From Candidatus Helarchaeota ASGARD archaeon Hel_GB_B (GTDB taxonomy: Archaea; Asgardarchaeota; Lokiarchaeia; Helarchaeales; HEL-GB-B): a DNA stretch of 32,000 nucleotides. The notes below the pieces were generated by a model. It worked only from the letters and a program-made list of their open reading frames with translations, had not been told where the DNA came from and searched no databases. Made by a program: the position numbers and the translations under genes. Of the stretch, positions 1 through 10,602 are shown piece after piece. Within the stretch, counting starts at the first letter, position 1. The number at the start of each line of letters is the position of its first letter. The stretch lies in the NCBI GenBank assembly GCA_005191425.1, contig SUPR01000026.1, positions 1-32,000 of the forward strand. Reading direction: 5' to 3'.

Positions 1-76
1 TTTTAAATTAAAAAATGGTTGGTTTATTTGTTCTGAAAAAAGATTCAAATTTTAAAAAATATCTACCGAAATCATT

Positions 77-853
77 TTATCCAATATACCCTGTTTCAGG
101 TCTCCTATTACTTTTTCGTTTATCAAATAAATTTTTCAAATTTGTATTTGTAATTTCTACTTGTCGTATTCTTTTTTCCAAAAATTCCATATCTACATCA
201 AGATTGAGTCTATTATTTAAAACTAAGACTAATTCTTTTGAAGCATTTGGATCAATCTGTGGATATGGTAGAGTATCAGCAAGAAGACAAATTCCTGGGA
301 TATTATATTGAATATTACACCAGACTGGAATTATACCATTTGCACCAGTGATATATCCACCATTTAAAATAATTGTTTTACCGACTTCTGAATTTAAAAA
401 ATAGTCCATTAATTCTTTGTCGCTTCCTGATATGTATACTTTCCTATTATCAATTACTGGTTCCTCCGGAACAAAAGCTCCAAGAGTAAGAATCCATTTT
501 GCATTTAAATCGCTGCAATATTTACAAATAAAATCTGACAATTCGTATATACCCAATGCAGATGCAGGTTGATAATCGGCAGTAATTATTATCAAGTCAT
601 GTGATTTTTCATTCATCCAATAGAATAATGAAACCTTTGGGACACTCATTTGACCATTATCGTTTACTATGGCATGTGGTGGAAAATCATGGTAATAAAT
701 ATGTCTATATTCAATAGCTTTAAGACTTTTCACAAAATTCAATACTGCTAGCCGTCCAACCATTGAAATACCTGGCATACCTACTAAAATGATTGGCTTT
801 TTTTCTTTTATTTTTTCTACATCTATTGTTTGTAAATCTTTTATAATAATCAT
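77..853 (-). CDS. PAC2-family proteasome assembly chaperone-like protein (archaeal COG2047-type)
   Basis: N-terminal ILVGMPGISMVG and YYHDFPP, IIITADYQP, ILTLGAF, ITGANG, GICLLADT and IDPNAS match the archaeal PAC2 family pattern. Confidence 0.85.
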   Translation of the reverse strand: MIIIKDLQTIDVEKIKEKKPIILVGMPGISMVGRLAVLNFVKSLKAIEYRHIYYHDFPPHAIVNDNGQMSVPKVSLFYWMNEKSHDLIIITADYQPASALGIYELSDFICKYCSDLNAKWILTLGAFVPEEPVIDNRKVYISGSDKELMDYFLNSEVGKTIILNGGYITGANGIIPVWCNIQYNIPGICLLADTLPYPQIDPNASKELVLVLNNRLNLDVDMEFLEKRIRQVEITNTNLKNLFDKRKSNRRPETGYIG

Positions 854-1149
854 TTTTCTGACCCTTTGGATAACTCACTTGTAAATCTTTTTCATCTAAT
901 TTATGATATCAATTTAATCTAAAGATTTTAATTTTATTTAATATTCCATATAATATAAATTTGAATGTTATAGGTGAAACTTGAATTTTTTTTTAAAATT
1001 TTTACGATTTTTTTTAAATTTAATCTAAGAATTTCATATTAATTATATGTATTAACAGATTTAAAACATTAATATATTAAAATAAACTTTTAAAATATTA
1101 ATTGTCTATATTTTACAAATTCAATGAATTATTTTGGCTAAATTATATC

Positions 1150-1178
1150 TATTAATGGTAGAAAACTATCCATTAATA
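1150..1178. repeat. Intergenic inverted repeat (possible operator or hairpin)
   Basis: TATTAATGG-TAG-AAAA-CTA-T-CCATTAATA: 9-bp perfect outer arms plus a 3-bp inner stem. Function unknown. Confidence 0.4.
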
Positions 1179-1286
1179 AAAATATTATAGATCATAATTT
1201 GAACTTGTCATTATTTACTGATTTGAATTACAAGAATTCTTTTTCTTTTATGAATGAAATCTATTTGTTGTTTAAATTTATTTCTT

Positions 1287-2309
1287 TTATTGGTTGAAAT
1301 CATTATTTTTTTTATCTATATTAATATCAATAATAAAAGTATTTTGGAAATTTTTATCCATTTTTTCAAGAGGCGGATTAGTTAATTTTCTTATTTTTTG
1401 TGAAAGGTTGGTCCATTTAATAAATTCATCAGAAGGTGGATACTTAACAAAAAGTTCCTTTCTTAATGCTTCTAATTGAAGTAATTTTTTATTATTAAAT
1501 TCTGCTGCACAGAATACATTACTAATATTACTCCCAACTTTATTATTTATCCATTTTTTCCATTTTAAATTTCTTAGCAAATGATGATCTATTATTATTT
1601 TTTTGGTATTTTTAATTAATTTTTTTAAATTTTGTGTAAAAAAGTCATTAATTCTATTAGAGCTAGGCGCATCTAAGAAGATAAAATCTGGTGAATATGT
1701 TGAAATGAAATTCATTGGTTTTTTTGTAGTCGGTCCTTGAATATCCGAAGTAAATATAAATTTTTCAATATTATTATAACTAATTAGAGTCATTATGACC
1801 CATCCACGAGTTGAATTTAGTTCACCATGGAATATTGGTTCAGAAAAATTCAATTCAGTTTGGCCATAGGCAATTTTATTATTATCTGCAATTATTATTT
1901 TGTCACAAATCTTTTTAGCATGAGAAAGGAAAATTTTTGCCCTTTTTTTCTGTGAATAATTTATAAATTTATTTGGATCCTTTATAATAATTGTTTTATT
2001 TGAAAATATTTTTTCTGCTATTTCGTTATCCGTATTTATGTAGTCATAATCAACAACAAAATTTTTAAAGTGATCATTATGATAATGAGAAATAATTAAA
2101 ATATCTGCTTTGTTAGAATATTGAATGATTTCATTAGTTTTTTCTTTTAATTTTATATATTCTATAGGGTGTGGAATTTTACTCTTATTTTTAGGACCTA
2201 ATGAGCAACCAGGATCAATTAATACTTTAATATCTGGAGTTTCTATATAATTTGCATATGCTCTTACTCCTAAGCTCTCTGCAGCAATCGTTTTAATTTT
2301 AACTTTCAT
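1287..2309 (-). CDS. UPF0282-type metallo-beta-lactamase-fold hydrolase
   Basis: IAAESLGVR, LIDPGCSLGP, ISHYHNDH, FHGE..RGWV, FTSDIQGP and IIDHHLLR motifs. Confidence 0.8.
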   Translation of the reverse strand: MKVKIKTIAAESLGVRAYANYIETPDIKVLIDPGCSLGPKNKSKIPHPIEYIKLKEKTNEIIQYSNKADILIISHYHNDHFKNFVVDYDYINTDNEIAEKIFSNKTIIIKDPNKFINYSQKKRAKIFLSHAKKICDKIIIADNNKIAYGQTELNFSEPIFHGELNSTRGWVIMTLISYNNIEKFIFTSDIQGPTTKKPMNFISTYSPDFIFLDAPSSNRINDFFTQNLKKLIKNTKKIIIDHHLLRNLKWKKWINNKVGSNISNVFCAAEFNNKKLLQLEALRKELFVKYPPSDEFIKWTNLSQKIRKLTNPPLEKMDKNFQNTFIIDINIDKKNNDFNQ

Positions 2310-2328
2310 TTAAATTCTTTAATTGCTT

Positions 2329-2955
2329 TTAAATATATTTCAAAATAAAATCTAATATGAATTCTCCAGCTAATGTTTCAAATCCCAAGTAAAAATGATT
2401 AGTTGGTAATATTTTATATGATTTCTGTTTAACGGGAATTTTTTCAAATAAATTTATAAAATCCTCCTTATTACAAAATTCATCATATTCACCTATTACA
2501 AAAACTTTTGGCTGTTTTGATGCATTATCAGTAATAAAATCAAAATTCCAGAATGAAAGAGGTGGAGAAATTCCACATAAAAATTTTATAGAATTGTCTA
2601 AATAAAGTGCTTTTAATCCTATATAGCTCCCCCAAGAATAGCCAATAAACCCAATATTTTCAAAATCTGATTTTAAAAATTCTACTGCAGATATAATATC
2701 TTTATGTGCTTGTGAGAAACCGCCATAATATCCAGTACTACGTCCAATACCGCTACAATTAAATTTAAATGCCCCTAAACCATTTTTATTTAAAACTTCA
2801 CATACTCCATTTACTACATTATTGTCCATTGAGCCCCCAAATTCAGGATGTGGGTGCAATACAATAGAAACTGTTTTACTGTTTTCCTTTGGTTCATATA
2901 AAATTCCTTCTAACTTATTTTTATCTGAATAAAATGTTAAATATTTATGTGTCAT
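2329..2955 (-). CDS. Alpha/beta hydrolase (COG2945-like)
   Basis: LHPHPEFGGSMDNNVV family motif, nucleophile GYSWG, acid in GEYDEF, His in TNHFY. Confidence 0.85.
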   Translation of the reverse strand: MTHKYLTFYSDKNKLEGILYEPKENSKTVSIVLHPHPEFGGSMDNNVVNGVCEVLNKNGLGAFKFNCSGIGRSTGYYGGFSQAHKDIISAVEFLKSDFENIGFIGYSWGSYIGLKALYLDNSIKFLCGISPPLSFWNFDFITDNASKQPKVFVIGEYDEFCNKEDFINLFEKIPVKQKSYKILPTNHFYLGFETLAGEFILDFILKYI

Positions 2956-3681
2956 CTGACCATCTTAGGTTTATGTTTTTATAATGGATGATATGTATTA
3001 AGATTTTATATATTATATGTATAAATTTTAAATTAGATCTTTTAAATAAAAAATATTTTATCTTTTTTTTTCTTAGTATTGTATTAAATAATAACCCTTT
3101 TACTTAAAAACTTTGATGTTTTCATTCCTAATTTTTTGAATTATTTTTATTTATGTAAATTTATGTAAAATAGCTATATTCTCTTTATGCTAATAAAATA
3201 AAATATATTTTATTAATTTTAGTAAAAATTCGATTATTAATTTAAAAAAATCTTATAAATATTTATCTATATAACTTATATTATCATTAATATCAATTTT
3301 TAATTCAAAAAATTTTTCATTTCATATATTTAGCCTATAAACAAACTTAGATCAAAGCCCAAATAATTCTTTATTTTTAAATTTTTTATTAAAAATGGTA
3401 ATTATTACAAAATTAGCCTATTGAATTAATCTATAATATTTTTAATAAATAATTTGAACTGAATATTTTAATCTCTTTAATTTAAATATTATTTTTAGGT
3501 ATATGATAATTTTATTTACAAAAAATTTTTCCTATATTGTAATAATCCGCTCAAAATTCTTTTAATTTTATTTTTCAAAAATTTACAATTCAATACTCTT
3601 CAAACTTTTAATAAAAAATAACAATTAAAGTAAATATTTTATAATGCCTTTTAAAAATCAATGTAAATTTACTTTATAATA

Positions 3682-4008
3682 ATGATAAAAATGCCTAAGA
3701 AATGTCCCAAATGTGGTCATGATATGATTGAGATCGTGTCCGACCCTATATTCAAGCAAGTTGAATATATTTGTCCATTTTGTAAAATACTTGAAACTGA
3801 GAAATCTCGTCAACAAGCAAGAAAATATTTATCGGCAGATCAAATCATTTTAGAGGAAATTAAAAGGATATATACATCAAGATTGGATCTAGAAAAGAAT
3901 TGGGAAATGTTTAATAAATATTCTAATTTTAAAATTACTTTTGAAAAATATCAAAAAATCATTAACAATGAAGTGGAAAAATTAAAAGAAAAAGTTAGAA
4001 AAAAATAA
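3682..4008 (+). CDS. Small zinc-ribbon protein (start may be ATG 3691)
   Basis: CPKC and CPFC pairs at the N-terminus, followed by a charged helical region. Confidence 0.6.
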   Translation: MIKMPKKCPKCGHDMIEIVSDPIFKQVEYICPFCKILETEKSRQQARKYLSADQIILEEIKRIYTSRLDLEKNWEMFNKYSNFKITFEKYQKIINNEVEKLKEKVRKK

Positions 4009-4014
4009 AAAATG

Positions 4015-4437
4015 TTAAATACTGTATATTTCACTTCCTGAAAAAATCTTTATGCCGGCATCTTTTAATAAGGTAGATGCTTTTTCTAAATCATTAACTC
4101 GCATTAATATTATGGCTGTTTTTGAGGTCAATGTTGAATATAAATATTCAATGTTGATATTATTTTCTCCCATTAAATTAGCAATTCTATGGAGACCCCC
4201 AGGTTTATCTTCAACTTCAAATGCTAAGACATCCGTTTCAGAAACAAGGTAATTTGCATTTCGTAAAACTTCAATACATTTATCTGGATTATTTACGATA
4301 ATTCGTAGTATTCCATAATCTGCAGTTTCAGCCACAGTTAAAGCCCGAATATTTATTTTGTTATTTTCAAGCAGTTCTGTAAACTTTGCCAATACTCCCG
4401 GCTCATTAGGGAGAAATACAGAAACTTGTTTTACCAT
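4015..4437 (-). CDS. Tandem ACT-domain protein (type commonly found next to paaK)
   Basis: QVSVFLPNEPGVLAK and EVEDKPGGLHRIA double-ACT signature; lies directly downstream of paaK. Confidence 0.9.
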   Translation of the reverse strand: MVKQVSVFLPNEPGVLAKFTELLENNKINIRALTVAETADYGILRIIVNNPDKCIEVLRNANYLVSETDVLAFEVEDKPGGLHRIANLMGENNINIEYLYSTLTSKTAIILMRVNDLEKASTLLKDAGIKIFSGSEIYSI

Positions 4438-4476
4438 AAAACATCATCTCTTTTTTTAAATATTTGGAAAAAAATT

Positions 4477-5793
4477 TTAAATATTTTTTGTTCGTAAATC
4501 AATAACTCTTTTTGCTTTTCCTATGCTCCTCTCTATTTTACCTGGTGCCACTAATTCTACATTTGCATGAATCTGTAAGCTAGAATATAGTCGTTGCTCG
4601 ATATTTTTCTTAAAATCTTCCATTTCCGAAACTTTATCTGAAAAAGCTTCAGGTGTGACTTCTACTTTCAAAATCAAACGGTCTAAAATATCTCGATCAA
4701 TAATTATTTGATAATTTTCTGAAACTCCTGGTATTTTCATGAGTTGATATTCAACTTCCGATGGAAATACATTGATCCCCCGGATTATAAGCATATCATC
4801 TGCGCGTCCTATAACTTTTCTCATTCTTATGTGCCATCTACCGCAATTACATTTTTCTTCATTTAATACAGTAATATCATTTGTTAGATATCTTAAAAGA
4901 GGAATTCCTTCTTTCGTTAATGTAGTAAAAACCAATGCACCTTGTTCCCCCATGTTTTTTTGTTCACCATTTTCTGGGTCAATAATTTCTGGGATAAAAT
5001 GATCTTCCCAAATATGTAAGCCTGCTTTTTCGGGGCATTCGATTGACACTCCTGGTCCACATAGCTCTGAAAGTCCATAAATGTCAAATGCATCGATATG
5101 TAATGCATCTTCGATTTTAGACCTTAGAGCTTCACTCCACGGCTCTGCTCCAAAGATACCTACTCTTAAACTCAGAGAATCCACATCAATATCCAGATTT
5201 TTTAGGTATTCTGCAATATATAGTGAATACGATGGTGTACATGTTAATACAGTCGATTTAAAATCTTGCATAATTAAGATCTGTCGCTCGGTATTTCCAC
5301 CAGAAATAGGAATTACCGTTGCTCCAATTTTCTCTGCTCCATAATGAAATCCCAAACCACCTGTAAATAGTCCATATCCATAGGCATTTTGGATAATGTC
5401 TTCTTTTGTTACATTGGTTGCCATAATTGTTCTAGCCATTAATTCTGTCCATGTTTCTATATCTTTAGCTGTATAACCAACAACTGTCGGTTTTCCAGTT
5501 GTTCCGGACGAAGCATGAATTCTGACGATGTCCTTCATTGGAACTGCGAACATGTTAAACGGATAATTATCTCTCAAATCTTGTTTATATGTAATCGGAA
5601 TTTTGATAATATCGTCTTTTGTTTTTATATCATCGGGGTGTAAATTATTTTCTTTGAATTTCTTATTATAAAAGGGGACATTATCATAACAATATTTTAC
5701 AATTGCCCGTAATCTTTTGTTTTGAATTTCGTCTAACTCTTTTCTATTCTTTAATTCCATTTCCTTATTCCAATATTCATATCTTTTTGACAT
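4477..5793 (-). CDS. paaK: Phenylacetate-CoA ligase
   Basis: [63 protein letters not shown] and GKAKRVID. Confidence 0.92.
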   Translation of the reverse strand: MSKRYEYWNKEMELKNRKELDEIQNKRLRAIVKYCYDNVPFYNKKFKENNLHPDDIKTKDDIIKIPITYKQDLRDNYPFNMFAVPMKDIVRIHASSGTTGKPTVVGYTAKDIETWTELMARTIMATNVTKEDIIQNAYGYGLFTGGLGFHYGAEKIGATVIPISGGNTERQILIMQDFKSTVLTCTPSYSLYIAEYLKNLDIDVDSLSLRVGIFGAEPWSEALRSKIEDALHIDAFDIYGLSELCGPGVSIECPEKAGLHIWEDHFIPEIIDPENGEQKNMGEQGALVFTTLTKEGIPLLRYLTNDITVLNEEKCNCGRWHIRMRKVIGRADDMLIIRGINVFPSEVEYQLMKIPGVSENYQIIIDRDILDRLILKVEVTPEAFSDKVSEMEDFKKNIEQRLYSSLQIHANVELVAPGKIERSIGKAKRVIDLRTKNI

Positions 5794-6377
5794 TTTTTAA
5801 GTCTTCCTTTTGTCGTTATTTTATAAGCTATTTGATAATTCCCGTAGTTATTTCAATTTAATTTCTTTTTTTAAATGTTTAATCTTAATTTGATGGTGTA
5901 ATTAAAATATTTCAATTATATCATAAATTAATTTTTTTAGATATTCAATTTTGAACCTATAAAAACTAACCCTAAAAAAATAATAAAAACTATTTTGTAG
6001 GGGTATATTTTAATTTAAATTTGAAAATTAACAGATTATATTTATTGTTCAATTACTCTTTTTTAAATAGATCAATACTTTTGAGTTTAATAACCATAAT
6101 TTGATGTTTTTATATAAACAAATCATTTAGAATTTGATTAATTTACTAACTTTGAATGATAGTTTATTTGAATTTTTTATTTATGATAAATTAATTTTAA
6201 AATTAAACAAATATTTTGGTAATAATGGATTAAAATGGATTTAATATTCTTTAATTAATTAGATTGAAAAATGAATTGATTTTGTGGAAAAAATATAAAT
6301 TTAAAATGTTGTAATTTAACAAAGTTTAAGAAGTTCTAAAAGTTATTTTGGAGATCATATAAGATTTTACTTTACAA

Positions 6378-8312
6378 GTGAATAAACACCAAAAAATTTC
6401 AAAAATAAATAAAATAATAGATGTGATTAATGTGGTAATTCCTAGTTTTGCTCTTGATTCGCCCGGTGAAAAAGTATTTTTACTAGGAAATGAAGCAATT
6501 GCGAGAGGTGCATTAGAAGCGGGTGTCCGGGTTGTAGCTGGCTATCCAGGTACTCCATCTACTGAAATCGTAGAAACAATCAGTAAAATGGTACATTATT
6601 ATCCTGATATTTATGTAGAATGGTCTATAAATGAGAAAGTTGCTTTTGAAACGGCATTTGGTGGTCAAATGTGTGGACTCAGGTCTGCAGTTAGTTTAAA
6701 ACATGTCGGTCTAAATGTTGCAGCAGACCCATTTTTGACTGCATCATATGCTGGCGCAAAAGGTGGCTTTGTAATTTTAGACGCAGATGACCCTAATTGT
6801 TATTCATCTCAAAATGAACAAGATAATAGATTATTTGCAAGACATGCTTTATGTCCTGTTTTCGAACCATTAAATGTTAATGAAGCTAAAGAAATGACAA
6901 AATTTGCATTCGATTTTTCAGAAAAATTTCAGACAATAGTTTTACTTAGGTCAACAACTCGATTGAGTCATTCAAGAGGCGATGTTATACTTGGAGAAAT
7001 TAAGCCAATAAAAAAAAGGGGAGCATTTGATTTTAATAAAGAAAGATGGACATTTTTACCTGTTAATGCAAGAAAATATAGAAAAATTATGCTTGAAAGG
7101 TTTCATAAAATTGAGAATGCAGTAAATGATATACCATTTAATAATTTACATCAAATTGATGGTAAAGAAATTGGAATTATTGCATCTGGTCTACCAAATG
7201 CATATGTAATCGATTATTTGAAGGATAACAAATTAGAAGATGAAATTTCTTATTTAAAAATAGCTACATCTTATCCTCCTCCTAAAAAATTGATCGAACA
7301 AATGATTATCGATTTAAAACGTGTGCTTGTAATTGAAGAACTAGAACCGTTTATTGAAGATTTTGTAAAGATATATGCTAAAGAAATAAACCCCTCCCTT
7401 GAAGTCGTGGGAAAAGAGATTGTCCCGCGAAATGGTGAATTAAATCCACAGATTATTCATTCAGTTATTAACAAATTTTTGAATAAAAATGATTTAATTA
7501 ATAATAATAACATAAAATTTGATATCATGGCTCCACCTCGACCTCCAGTATTATGTCCTGGCTGTCCACATAGGGCAACTTTTTATGCATTAAAAAAAGC
7601 AGAAAAAAGGTCTAAGAGTAGATTTATTTACAGTTCAGATATTGGGTGTTATACACTTGGATTTTACCCACCAATCGAAACCATTCATACTTGTCTTTGT
7701 ATGGGTGGGTCTATTGGAATGGCAAATGGAATATCTAAATCAGGTGAAACCAACCCAATTTTTGCAATTTTAGGCGATTCCACATTTTTTCATTCTGGGA
7801 TCCCCTCATTAGCCAATCTCGTTTATAATAAAAGTAAAGTTAATGTGCTGGTACTTGACAATTTATCTACTGCCATGACTGGATTTCAAGACCATCCTGG
7901 AACCGGAGTCCGAATAACTGGTGAAAAAACTACGCGAATTCTTATTGAAAATATCGGTAAAGGGTTAGGTGTTGAATTCATTAGAGTTTTTGACCCCTAT
8001 GATTTAAAAAATAGTATTAATACTTTAATTGAAGCCATAAATTATAGTAATGGCCCAACTTTATTAATTTCTCGCCGTCAATGTTCCCTATTAGCAACTC
8101 GAATTAAGAAAAAGTCTGGAGAAAAAATTAATATATATAAAATTGACAATGAAAAATGTACTGGCTGTAGAATTTGCACCTCAACTTTCGGTTGCCCAGC
8201 TTTTTCTATTAATGAAGAAAAAAACGAAATAGAAATAGTCGAAAGTATGTGCTCAGGTTGTGGGGTGTGTGTAGAAATTTGCCCAGAAAAAGCAATTTAT
8301 AAAGTTGAATAA
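6378..8312 (+). CDS. iorA: Indolepyruvate:ferredoxin oxidoreductase alpha subunit (true start may be GTG 6423 or 6432)
   Basis: LLGNEAIARG, GYPGTPSTE, NEKVAFE, KHVGLNVAAD, SSQNEQD, CPGCPHR, DIGCYTLG, TPP motif GDSTFFHSG, and C-terminal CxxCxxC ferredoxin motifs. Confidence 0.93.
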   Translation: MNKHQKISKINKIIDVINVVIPSFALDSPGEKVFLLGNEAIARGALEAGVRVVAGYPGTPSTEIVETISKMVHYYPDIYVEWSINEKVAFETAFGGQMCGLRSAVSLKHVGLNVAADPFLTASYAGAKGGFVILDADDPNCYSSQNEQDNRLFARHALCPVFEPLNVNEAKEMTKFAFDFSEKFQTIVLLRSTTRLSHSRGDVILGEIKPIKKRGAFDFNKERWTFLPVNARKYRKIMLERFHKIENAVNDIPFNNLHQIDGKEIGIIASGLPNAYVIDYLKDNKLEDEISYLKIATSYPPPKKLIEQMIIDLKRVLVIEELEPFIEDFVKIYAKEINPSLEVVGKEIVPRNGELNPQIIHSVINKFLNKNDLINNNNIKFDIMAPPRPPVLCPGCPHRATFYALKKAEKRSKSRFIYSSDIGCYTLGFYPPIETIHTCLCMGGSIGMANGISKSGETNPIFAILGDSTFFHSGIPSLANLVYNKSKVNVLVLDNLSTAMTGFQDHPGTGVRITGEKTTRILIENIGKGLGVEFIRVFDPYDLKNSINTLIEAINYSNGPTLLISRRQCSLLATRIKKKSGEKINIYKIDNEKCTGCRICTSTFGCPAFSINEEKNEIEIVESMCSGCGVCVEICPEKAIYKVE

Positions 8313-8338
8313 ACTAATACATAAAGTGAAAACGAAAA

Positions 8339-9082
8339 ATGAATGAAGAAAATGCAGTAAAAATATATGTTAATAATAAAATTAACAAATTTATAATTAT
8401 TTTGCTAAGTATTTCTGCAATAATCTTAATAACCATAACATTATTTGTTAGCGATGTGGCTATTTCATTAAACATTAACCATTTTACTCAAACTCCTTCA
8501 GCAGGATTTTTAAATGCGTTCTTTATATTCTACACTAATTTCCTCATTTATGCGTTTATCGTTTCTATTTACATATTGGGTCTGCTCTCTTTTTTAAAAA
8601 TAAAAAAATTGGAATTCCTTGAACAATGGCGCCCTACTCTTATAAGTTGTATTTTATCTTGGATTTTTGGTGAAATTATTGTTAATTCAATAAAATATAC
8701 TGTATTACGTCCACGTCCATTTAATTATTTCTCGCCCTCTCAGTTTTCTCCTATTAGTCATGCAGAAGGCCCAAGCTTCCCGTCAGGGCATTCCGCAGCA
8801 GCTTTTAACAGTAGTATGCCATTATTGTATAAGACAAATAATTTCTGGATCAAATTAGTATACATTTTATACGCAAGCTTGATGGCTTTTTCAAGGGTTT
8901 ATGTTGGAGTCCATTGGACAACTGATGTTTTGGTAGGAATGTTAATTGGAATTGGGATTTCCTTCTTAGTTTCAATTGGTTATCCTAAATTATTAAATAA
9001 ATTTGAAAATAAAACAAAAATAGAGTTTATATCTTGGATTATCCTACTTACTTTAGGAATAATATGGATAATAATTTTCTAA
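8339..9082 (+). CDS. PAP2-family membrane phosphatase
   Basis: KxxxxRPRP, SFPSGH and SRVYVGVHWTTD catalytic motifs; several hydrophobic TM segments. Confidence 0.9.
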   Translation: MNEENAVKIYVNNKINKFIIILLSISAIILITITLFVSDVAISLNINHFTQTPSAGFLNAFFIFYTNFLIYAFIVSIYILGLLSFLKIKKLEFLEQWRPTLISCILSWIFGEIIVNSIKYTVLRPRPFNYFSPSQFSPISHAEGPSFPSGHSAAAFNSSMPLLYKTNNFWIKLVYILYASLMAFSRVYVGVHWTTDVLVGMLIGIGISFLVSIGYPKLLNKFENKTKIEFISWIILLTLGIIWIIIF

Positions 9083-9091
9083 ATATTTTTT

Positions 9092-9916
9092 TTATTTATA
9101 ATTTTTTACAAGATTTTTTCCTATTTCAAGAGCTTTTAAGTTTACTTCCACTATTTTTGAGCTGAATAGTTTTTTAATCGCATTTTTAATAGATTCTTCT
9201 TTTAATGGTATTTTATTTGTCCCTAATAAAGCTCCAATCATTATTGTATTTGTCATTCGGATATCTCCCAGTTCAATCGCAGACTTCGATGCCTGTATAA
9301 TGAAACTATTCTTAGAGACATTTAAAAGTACGTTCTTTATTTCAGATAATTCTGGATAACTTATTTCCTTAACTAATGTAATAGCATTTTGACTACAGAT
9401 ATCCATGCACCTCTTACATCCAGTACAACCTTCCAAGATTTGACATATTCCATTTGTTATTTTTGAAGCTGGAAAATCTATTACCGCTAATAAATTTGAA
9501 TTTTTATAGTAATAATTTACATAACAATTAATTTTGCAATTTCCACAGCCTATACAAACTTCTGGGTCTACTTTAATATGCTGGCCCCTAAATAATATTG
9601 GTGGAATTATTACTTCATTATTTACTAAAAGTATTCCATCTTTTTTTAAATAATCTATATACCTTAATGCTTCAGCTAATTCGAATGCAATAATGACATC
9701 AGCAGAATGTTTATTAACAAGCGGACTTTCTACTGTAGGCCCAAATCGCAAATGTACAATTACAGAGCCGCCTCTTTGCGCCATACCATGCGTTTCTGCA
9801 GTCCGGAGTTTATAACTTATGTCTAAATCAAGTACCGCCCAACCAATCACTGTTGATGCCCTAATTACTCCTTGACCACCTGTTCCTACAATTACAATAG
9901 AAAAATTCTTGCCCAT
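9092..9916 (-). CDS. iorB: Indolepyruvate oxidoreductase beta subunit with an inserted 2[4Fe-4S] ferredoxin domain
   Basis: GTGGQG, AETHGMAQRGGSV, ADVIIAFELAEALR and MTNTIMIGA; internal CIGCGNCKINC and CTGCKRCMDIC. Confidence 0.88.
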   Translation of the reverse strand: MGKNFSIVIVGTGGQGVIRASTVIGWAVLDLDISYKLRTAETHGMAQRGGSVIVHLRFGPTVESPLVNKHSADVIIAFELAEALRYIDYLKKDGILLVNNEVIIPPILFRGQHIKVDPEVCIGCGNCKINCYVNYYYKNSNLLAVIDFPASKITNGICQILEGCTGCKRCMDICSQNAITLVKEISYPELSEIKNVLLNVSKNSFIIQASKSAIELGDIRMTNTIMIGALLGTNKIPLKEESIKNAIKKLFSSKIVEVNLKALEIGKNLVKNYK

Positions 9917-10602
9917 TTTATCACTTTTAGGTAATCTTTCTATTCCTTTTTATGTTTTATTTTAAAATATTTTGTTATTAACAATTAGCCATTAAGTCTA
10001 TAATTTTATTTGGTTAGGTCTTTAAATTCCTTTTTAATATTTTAAAATTTCTGTAATCAGTATTTTCTTAATTTAATATACCCTTATTATTACACATTTT
10101 AAATTCTTAAATTGTGATTAAACTTAATTATCTTTAAGAAAATGAATAGATTTCCAAAAAAAAATTAAAGAAATAATCAATTTGTAATTACAAATTTAAT
10201 ATTAATCCGAAAATGTTTTTCTTTTCTTAAAATTAAAAATTAAGTCCAAGCTATCCTAATTTAATAGTTCTAATATATTTTCATAACCATTGTCTTAACT
10301 GGTAATTTCTATGACCATTGGAATGTACTTGATTGGAAAAACTCTAAATAAAATAACCGTATATGAATAAAAACTTAAATTTTCATAATTAAATCATATT
10401 TATTTCGTATTAATAAAATTTTAATTGTTTTCAATAAATTATATCTTTCTTTAATTAAAATTTTTAAAGAGTACTATTCAAAAATTAGTAGTTTGCTATT
10501 ATTATTAAAATAGGAATAATTATAAATATTTGAAACCTTTATTGTATCATATATTAATTTCTAAAATCTTTTACAATATAATAAAAAAGAGGCAATAATA
10601 TA

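Noticed and set aside
1-76. Possible gene start downstream of PAC2 (ATG at 75 on the minus strand)
   Set aside because: Reads MISVDIF then stops; the other minus-strand frames also stop.
15-311. Short ORFs antisense or out of frame to confident genes (e.g. 15-311, 1294-1479, 4052-4252, 4772-5002, 4917-5108, 5081-5344, 10953-11225, 11053-11235, 11291-11473, 12886-13101, 13259-13456, 14432-14719, 16953-17144, 17635-17853, 21376-21594, 23499-23777, 24327-24578, 25247-25474, 25532-25741, 26682-26867, 27730-27930, 29256-29480)
   Set aside because: They overlap well-supported genes and show no motifs, so they are treated as shadow ORFs.
3150-3169. Tandem 10-bp repeat TTTATGTAAA x2, and similar short repeats such as AATGGATT near 6222-6243
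   Set aside because: Expected by chance in extremely AT-rich spacers; no array structure.
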